64,000 nucleotides of DNA from Candidatus Poribacteria bacterium. Its GTDB lineage: Bacteria; Poribacteria; WGA-4E; PCPOR2b. How positions within the stretch are numbered: position 1 is the first letter of the stretch; each line of letters opens with the position of its first letter. The DNA is taken from NCBI GenBank assembly GCA_965218095.1, contig OZ244587.1:4928001-4992000 (forward strand). Reading direction: 5' to 3'. Below, piece after piece: positions 59,901-64,000 of the stretch. The translations under genes were made by a program, and so were the position numbers. The notes beneath the pieces were generated by a model, which ran no database searches, was not told where the DNA came from, and saw only the letters and a program-made list of their open reading frames with translations.

Positions 59901-61521
59901 GGGGGAAAGTGGCTCGTATAGCGGCTACTTCACCGTCGTTGTCGATCAGCACGCAGACGGTACGTACGATGTGACTGTCAATCTCAGTAAGGAAAGCGAA
60001 ATTAAGGAAGGCGCCTTAACCATTGACAGTACCGCGCCAGTGGTAACGGCATCGGCGTCTCCAGCGACTGCTGCAAACGGTGATATGGTTACCATCACGG
60101 CTATGGTTGAAGACGCAGGAGAGATATCCTCCGTCATGGCGAATGTCTCTATGCTGGATTCAATGCAAACGGAGATGGTTACACTGACAATGGCAGATGG
60201 TTCCTACATCGGTTCGTTCACTATCAGCGATGAGAACGAAGCAGAGAACGGAATGCAAGAAATCACTGTAACCGCAATGGATGCCGCTGGCAACGATGGA
60301 ATGGATTCTGCAATGGTTGAGTTGAAAAACGAGCTGGAATACACCTCAATGATACCGGCAGGTATCAGCCTGTTCCACGTACCGTTGGATGTTGAGGAAC
60401 TCGACACCGTGGGCAATCTCGCCGAGATGCTTGGGGATGCTGTCAATCTCCTCATCACCCGTGACACCGCTTCAGGGTCATGGGAAAGCGATACCAGTGA
60501 TATGCCGATTACAGCCGATCTCGGGATCGTCCTTTCGATGAAGACCGCGATGGAGGTCACTTTCACCGGCCATCCGTGGGGTGACGACACATCAATGATA
60601 AGTCTCATGGAGGGACATAATCTCATAGGGTTGCCCCTCAACGATTCAAGAGTGTCGAAAGTCAGTGACATCATGGGTCTGTTTGGTGAGGACGTAATCA
60701 CAGGCGTAATTGTTTCGGATGAGGGTACATTCCGATCAGTCATACAAGCTGATGATCCAGGCGACAATCCCGTCGCAGGCGATGCCTCCTATCTCGTAAC
60801 GGCGACCGCCGATGAGACTGTGATGGTCATGGGTGAAGGTTGGAGCAATGGCGGCGGCGCTGCTGCCGCGCCAATTGCGCTCATCGGACACAAGGTTGAC
60901 AACCAGACCCCTGTCCTGCTTGCCGAAGGTTCCGTCGTTGACGAGCTCACCGGGTTGGCAAAAGAAGGCTTCCGTGTCAAGGTTAAGAACCTGTCAACGA
61001 GAGCCTCGCTCAGTTCCATCTCTCAGAGTGACGCCGAAAACGGCTACGACATGACCTTTGTGAATCTGACTACAGGCAATGCGGCACGGGTCGGGGATGT
61101 CCTTGAGATTTCCGCTGATTCACCGGATCCGCTGATTGGCATCCAACCGTTGCGTCATATCATCACCGTTGATGATGTGAGAAATAGCCGGATCCAGTTG
61201 GAGAATCTCATCGCGTATGAGATTCCCGCAGAGACGGAGTTACTTCGGAACTACCCGAATCCGTTCAATCCCGAAACATGGATTCCATTCCAGTTGGCGG
61301 AAGATGCTGTCGTAACGTTGACCATCTACGATACCGCCGGACGGGTTGTACGAGGCATTGATATTGGGCATCAGCCTGCTGCGATGTATGAGACCAGAGC
61401 GAAAGCGATCTATTGGGATGGTCGTAACGACTTTGGCGAGCAGGTCGCCAGCGGGATTTACTTCTATAACTTGAGCGCCGGAGAGTTCTCAGGGACTCGC
61501 AAGATGCTCATCCTGAAGTAG
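53980..61521 (+). CDS. Giant (~2513 aa) acidic Ig-like secreted/surface protein with a FlgD/T9SS-like C-terminal domain
   Basis: RBS aggagg, signal peptide (NAAIA-G), repeated DG.G.A...FTYT...P.GW domains, and C-terminal LLRNYPNPFNPETWIPFQL...TRKMLILK. Confidence 0.92.
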   Translation: MGNQGTKNWKLGAFFAVSLMLIAGLFSNAAIAGDGDGMITVQWDDEAEGSPSETTTADPLPAAGPSTLEFTYTSTVDMSGGMLQILIPSGWTPVKIAADIETTDDLDETTLFQNVTIVDDDDVTLLGTNATGRINVAEGDQITENGKVTTLSGEKIEVTLGTNWSDGGTLTITLGNVTVATPSSLAFIEGANTQPYASYRFTTRSKAKDGIRLTRLKPTTDENGDPVDPQPRVRVSNIIPGAGDVTIEPTVSYEGEEATFLINFEATGPMYDFVDEDAAITDSDIQIQIASGRTGFGVAEPTEDVDNVKVDYKSPGVRFESGMDRVVVGADNVITVNINQMNAGDQVHISYGPVTISNIGADDDSFPADVSVFQVSTRTSGDSGSTPLVDGDVAGGRTQAEEGSGTVTLSPDVVDAGKTNRTFTFTYEADTEITGDLVITVNGIDPDDPNTEITDSILAETNLTLQSTTEDAYAYVSSPDTDITPEFLGAPSPTPTITWRNLTVKKDTLFKTVVANVNVSKNTGIYPWTTEVSIPETPSTVGDVVDGTDVTMQVNLYVIEAEPESVQIGADRSSIFAADETTITFTFTADDTPIRNGSVRFITPPNWTEPTTDEDTPGRITGPAADDISISKVRTGVYAGGYSVTVAVKDLATDDVLSIKYGDGKAAVVQSNAGTVSIPGYFKASSDSPERSAGSIEIDVTNVDDGGGTATIAETSTGTSVRAGSANNEMVARFETQGTMDGGSVSFQIPDGWGDMQRDPLERNYINVTTRGGSLVDVDYGNRIVIANLNTLRPEGTVTFSYGGSQGISANKGAEADTEIRISTFTIQSDGNGDGRFKRVVGSRALADVEETNPDGLGEVFTDNPGELKVRITGAADGTGTATVATEETKAGTQTYKDEQGEDVQDMRIHAGDDSTYLKFTYTPGQTIKEGQLTFTVPSGWTNPQGEDPGAPGYTRVRGGQPAQFDGEGSLTVDIITLDKTEPIEIHYGEYQFGGTEGGAIAPDVATPSSEFDILIKGTKNGTPDSIRDHRDTMLDVEVWSQASGGGMAMIEVTDDIGELSAGDMGRELTITYTASGELKNGALKLTTPEEWSAPAGANVEISSTGSTGRERHGGDYGEDDTLPDDLKAREVIVEGVNLDAGQTVTFVYKGVMVQPTAATGVAFGVASMGSEGPGMDFIDLDDLTVDVGEAAAGSGMAMVDPMFVTAGSSGNILTFTYTVAGEATYPRDIRIAVPEGWSKPGDVADEGTYTVTLMRGGKAETGVVEGKSPIEGSMVARVQAGSKGAEGGDMVMFEYQNADAPTSPGPSMFAVSFDGRDIDESPSVLVQLAVPVVTASASPEIAKNGALVTITAESSESGLSVSANVSMLDSTQTEMISLMEADGDGTYIGSFTISNENEADDGPQTITVTATNGAGNSGTPEDPVTVTLDNTDPVVTASASPEIAKNGALVTITAESSESGLSVSADVSMLDSTQTEMISLMEADGTYIGSFTISNENEADDGPQTITVMATDGVGNSGTPEDPVTVTLDNTDPVVTASASPEIAKNGALVTITAESSESGLSVSADVSMLDSTQTEMISLMEADGTYIGSFTISNENEADDGPQTITVMATDGVGNSGMPEDPVTVTLDNTDPVVTASASLEKAANGDEVTITAESSESGLSVSADVSMLDSTQTEMISLDEADGTYIGSFTISNENVADDGDQTITVTATDSAGNSGTPEDPVTVTLDNTDPVVTASASPEIAKNGDEVTITAESSESGLSVSADVSMLDSTQTEMISLDEADGTYIGSFTISNENEADDGPQTITVEAINGVGNKGTSEAMVTLDNTDPVVTVSASPEIATNGDTIEITATVEDAGEVSPVMADVSMLDSTQMDLIALIMADGSYIGSFTISDENEAEYGMQEITVAVEDAAGNSGMGSAMVDLQMVEITSVTVTPLAKVGEMVTVMAMGTPGKEAMFSVGSIVTDKPMTEGESGSYSGYFTVVVDQHADGTYDVTVNLSKESEIKEGALTIDSTAPVVTASASPATAANGDMVTITAMVEDAGEISSVMANVSMLDSMQTEMVTLTMADGSYIGSFTISDENEAENGMQEITVTAMDAAGNDGMDSAMVELKNELEYTSMIPAGISLFHVPLDVEELDTVGNLAEMLGDAVNLLITRDTASGSWESDTSDMPITADLGIVLSMKTAMEVTFTGHPWGDDTSMISLMEGHNLIGLPLNDSRVSKVSDIMGLFGEDVITGVIVSDEGTFRSVIQADDPGDNPVAGDASYLVTATADETVMVMGEGWSNGGGAAAAPIALIGHKVDNQTPVLLAEGSVVDELTGLAKEGFRVKVKNLSTRASLSSISQSDAENGYDMTFVNLTTGNAARVGDVLEISADSPDPLIGIQPLRHIITVDDVRNSRIQLENLIAYEIPAETELLRNYPNPFNPETWIPFQLAEDAVVTLTIYDTAGRVVRGIDIGHQPAAMYETRAKAIYWDGRNDFGEQVASGIYFYNLSAGEFSGTRKMLILK
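57973..59472 (+). repeat. Five near-identical intragenic ~300-bp tandem repeats (plus two diverged copies to about 60320)
   Basis: Units start at 57973, 58279, 58579, 58879 and 59179 (PVVTASASPE...VTLDNTD). Confidence 0.93.
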
Positions 61522-61545
61522 ACGTCGCTATACAGTCACTTGACG

Positions 61546-61591
61546 TAGCTGTTAAATGCCTCAACTCTGAGGCATTTAACAGCTATTTTTT
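61546..61591 (+). terminator. Intrinsic terminator
   Basis: 18-bp stem tagctgttaaatgcctca/tgaggcatttaacagcta followed by a T-run. Confidence 0.88.
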
Positions 61592-61666
61592 GTGTAAAAA
61601 CCCAAAATTCTAAATTGGTATACGACATTAGATTGTACCGATAGGAACTCTCAGGAGGATAGATTA

Positions 61667-64000
61667 ATGAGTAACAAGAAGTTGGTTTATTTTTTAATGG
61701 TATCGCTTGTCTATGGTTTAATTGCAGGTGGCGTTGCCCATGGACAGTCTACCGGTACTTTCACTATTGAAGGAACAGTCATGAATGCCGCCGGCGAGCC
61801 TGCCGCCGGACTTCAGATAGAAGCAGACACGATTAGCGAGTTTATTCCTTATACTTCGCGTGACAATGGCGCCTACGTACTCGGCTTTCTCTCCTTTACG
61901 AACGCTCAGATAAGTGTCGGAGATCAAATTCGAATAACTGCTACCGATTCTGACGGCAGCGAGGTCGGGAGAACAACCTATACAGTTACGGCGGCGGATG
62001 TAAACGCCAATAATGCGACTGTTGATATTACCCTTTCCGTTATTTCTGTTGAACCCAATCCGAGCGTACTCCCCGCCGACGGTGTTTCGACATCAACAAT
62101 TACGATAATGGTTCAAGAGGATGGAAATCCAGTCACCGGTGATACAGTAATGGTTTCCGCGGATAAAGGGGATGTCACCGAGGCTACGGAGGGTGAGAAC
62201 GGCGTTTACACAGCGACCTATACCGCTCCCTCTCTCGCCTTAACCGCCCCTGATGTCGCTCAGCTATCCGTGCGGTCAACCCAACTCGACCAGGAAGTGA
62301 TGGAATCCATCACATTGATGGTTGTTCCAACGACCGTTACGGTAACCGTTGACCTGGATACATTTAGCGCGGATACACCCGAAACCGCAGCGGTAACCGT
62401 CATGGTCAATCGAGGCGCCACCCGTGTCACCGATGAGACCGTCACACTGGCACTGTCCCGTAATGACGGCGGATCTGACATGGGAATGGTCAGTGAGGTA
62501 ACAAACAATGAGGACGGTGCGTATGCTGCGACCTACACCTCCGGGGGAATGGTTGGCAATGTAACACTCACCGCAATGGCAACCCAAGCCGGCGTTTCAG
62601 GGATGACGACAATTAGCATCAATGCGGGCCCGCCAGTCGCAATCATGCTCAGTGCAAACCCGGTAACGGTCTCAAGCGAAAGAGATTCCATCATAACCGC
62701 GACGGTTATGGATAGTGTCGGTAACGGTGTCGGCGGCTTGAGTTTGGCTGCGATCCCATCGGGCGATGGAATGCTCACTCCGTTTATGGAGGCAGCCGAG
62801 TTTGGCGTGTACACGGCGACTTATAGCGCGCCAGTCGTTGACGCGGATGGGACCGAAATGATTACGGTCATGACGGTCATGGCTGATAGCATTTCGGAGC
62901 AGTTGACCCTGAACCTCACCCCGATTCCTCCCAAAATGGTCACGATTCTGGTTGTGGAGGGGGTCGTCTATAAAGAGGATGGTGAAGTCCCCGCGGATGA
63001 CGTCAATGTGATGGTAACGGTCGGCGCGAATCCTCCCCAGATGGACCAAACCAAGGAGGATGGCTCTTTTTCGGTGGCGGTCGCTGATCTACTCGGGGGC
63101 GCTGCGGCAGGCACCGGCGAACTGGTTTCGATTGTTGTGACAGATGACACCGGCGCAGAACACGGCCCTTATATGTCTGTGCTAACGCATGAAGACCTTG
63201 GCGAAGAGGATTCTGCGACAGTCACATTCCCAAACGTGGTGACAGATATTGTGATTCCTCCCAGGTCGGTCACTATCTTGGTTGTGGAGGGGGGCGTCAC
63301 CAAAGCGGAGGGTACAGTCCCTGTGGAGGGTGTTGACGTAACGGTTACGGTCGGCGCGAATTCTCCCCAGATGGACCAAACCGAGGTAGATGGCTCTTTT
63401 TCGGTGGCGGTCGTGAATCTACTGGGTGCTGCGGGAAGCACCGGCGATATGGTTTCGGTTGTTGTGACAGATAGCACCGGCAAAGAACGTGGCAGCGAGA
63501 TGTTTATGCTGACAAATACACAACTCGGCGAAGGGGATTCTGCGACAGTCACACAGAATGTGGATACAGATATTGCATCCACTTCAACAGCCCTCGCTGT
63601 TAGCGGTACGGTCTACCTCAAAAACGGTGATGGCACTAAAACACCGGCGGCGAGCAACTCAATGGAGGGCGAACTGACCGTTGTTGTCACCAATAACACC
63701 CGCGACATGCCTATGAGCGGCTCCGTTGATGCCGACGGCAAATATTCCGTCCTATTCTTCACTATTCCGTCCACCACCGTTGCAGAAACGGACAACCAGC
63801 TCACTGTTGAGGTCAAAAATGACGCAGATGAGACGGTTGAGACAGCCATGCACACCCTGACCTCATTACAGATCGAAGCGAATCAGGTGCAAATTGATGT
63901 GGATACAGACCTTCCTGCCATAACAAAGCTACTGGCTATCGTCGGTAGCGTTGTCAATGTCGATGGTACTTCCGCCGGCCCGGGAGTTGGCGTAACACTC
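61667..64000 (+). CDS. Large secreted invasin/Big_1-like Ig-domain protein (3' partial)
   Basis: RBS aggagg; MSNKKLVYFLMVSLVYGLIAGGVAHG signal; LPADGVSTSTIT...GVYTATYT motifs; two ~110-aa repeats at about 62920-63575; no stop seen before the window end. Confidence 0.88.
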   Translation, partial: MSNKKLVYFLMVSLVYGLIAGGVAHGQSTGTFTIEGTVMNAAGEPAAGLQIEADTISEFIPYTSRDNGAYVLGFLSFTNAQISVGDQIRITATDSDGSEVGRTTYTVTAADVNANNATVDITLSVISVEPNPSVLPADGVSTSTITIMVQEDGNPVTGDTVMVSADKGDVTEATEGENGVYTATYTAPSLALTAPDVAQLSVRSTQLDQEVMESITLMVVPTTVTVTVDLDTFSADTPETAAVTVMVNRGATRVTDETVTLALSRNDGGSDMGMVSEVTNNEDGAYAATYTSGGMVGNVTLTAMATQAGVSGMTTISINAGPPVAIMLSANPVTVSSERDSIITATVMDSVGNGVGGLSLAAIPSGDGMLTPFMEAAEFGVYTATYSAPVVDADGTEMITVMTVMADSISEQLTLNLTPIPPKMVTILVVEGVVYKEDGEVPADDVNVMVTVGANPPQMDQTKEDGSFSVAVADLLGGAAAGTGELVSIVVTDDTGAEHGPYMSVLTHEDLGEEDSATVTFPNVVTDIVIPPRSVTILVVEGGVTKAEGTVPVEGVDVTVTVGANSPQMDQTEVDGSFSVAVVNLLGAAGSTGDMVSVVVTDSTGKERGSEMFMLTNTQLGEGDSATVTQNVDTDIASTSTALAVSGTVYLKNGDGTKTPAASNSMEGELTVVVTNNTRDMPMSGSVDADGKYSVLFFTIPSTTVAETDNQLTVEVKNDADETVETAMHTLTSLQIEANQVQIDVDTDLPAITKLLAIVGSVVNVDGTSAGPGVGVTL

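Overview
A 64-kb bacterial chromosomal segment, probably Ca. Poribacteria or a relative (inferred from WD40-dockerin and giant Ig-like proteins ending in an 'LLxNYPNPFNPETWIP...YWDGRN...TRKML' domain). From left to right: (1) housekeeping and sugar genes (oligoendopeptidase F, rhamnulokinase, methyltransferase, ThuA, epimerase). (2) A decayed four-gene operon at 7.5-15 kb: two beta/gamma-crystallin proteins, an SPFH/flotillin and a Cys-rich protein with an inserted carbohydrate-binding-like domain. Its first gene is broken by an antisense group II intron remnant plus an IS630 element with an adjacent deletion. (3) An 11-subunit complex I operon (nuoABCD-HIJKLMN, no nuoEFG) with a Rex/CRP-type operator and an extra domain in NuoI. 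A defence/TA islet lies between nuoC and nuoD (DUF2281, HNH pair, a DUF262 fragment fused to a second nuoC 3' end, frameshifted DarT1 plus NADAR), and a protease pseudogene lies between nuoK and nuoL. (4) Mixed enzymes, a vWA lipoprotein and a 14-repeat WD40 protein. (5) A repeat-rich region with a 12-unit REP array, palindromes, MITEs, hicBA, DUF2617, spermidine-synthase-like and Tat FAD-oxidoreductase genes, and an orphan RND pump. (6) Two giant acidic Ig-like surface proteins. I saw no tRNA, rRNA or CRISPR. All family calls come from motif recognition, not database searches.
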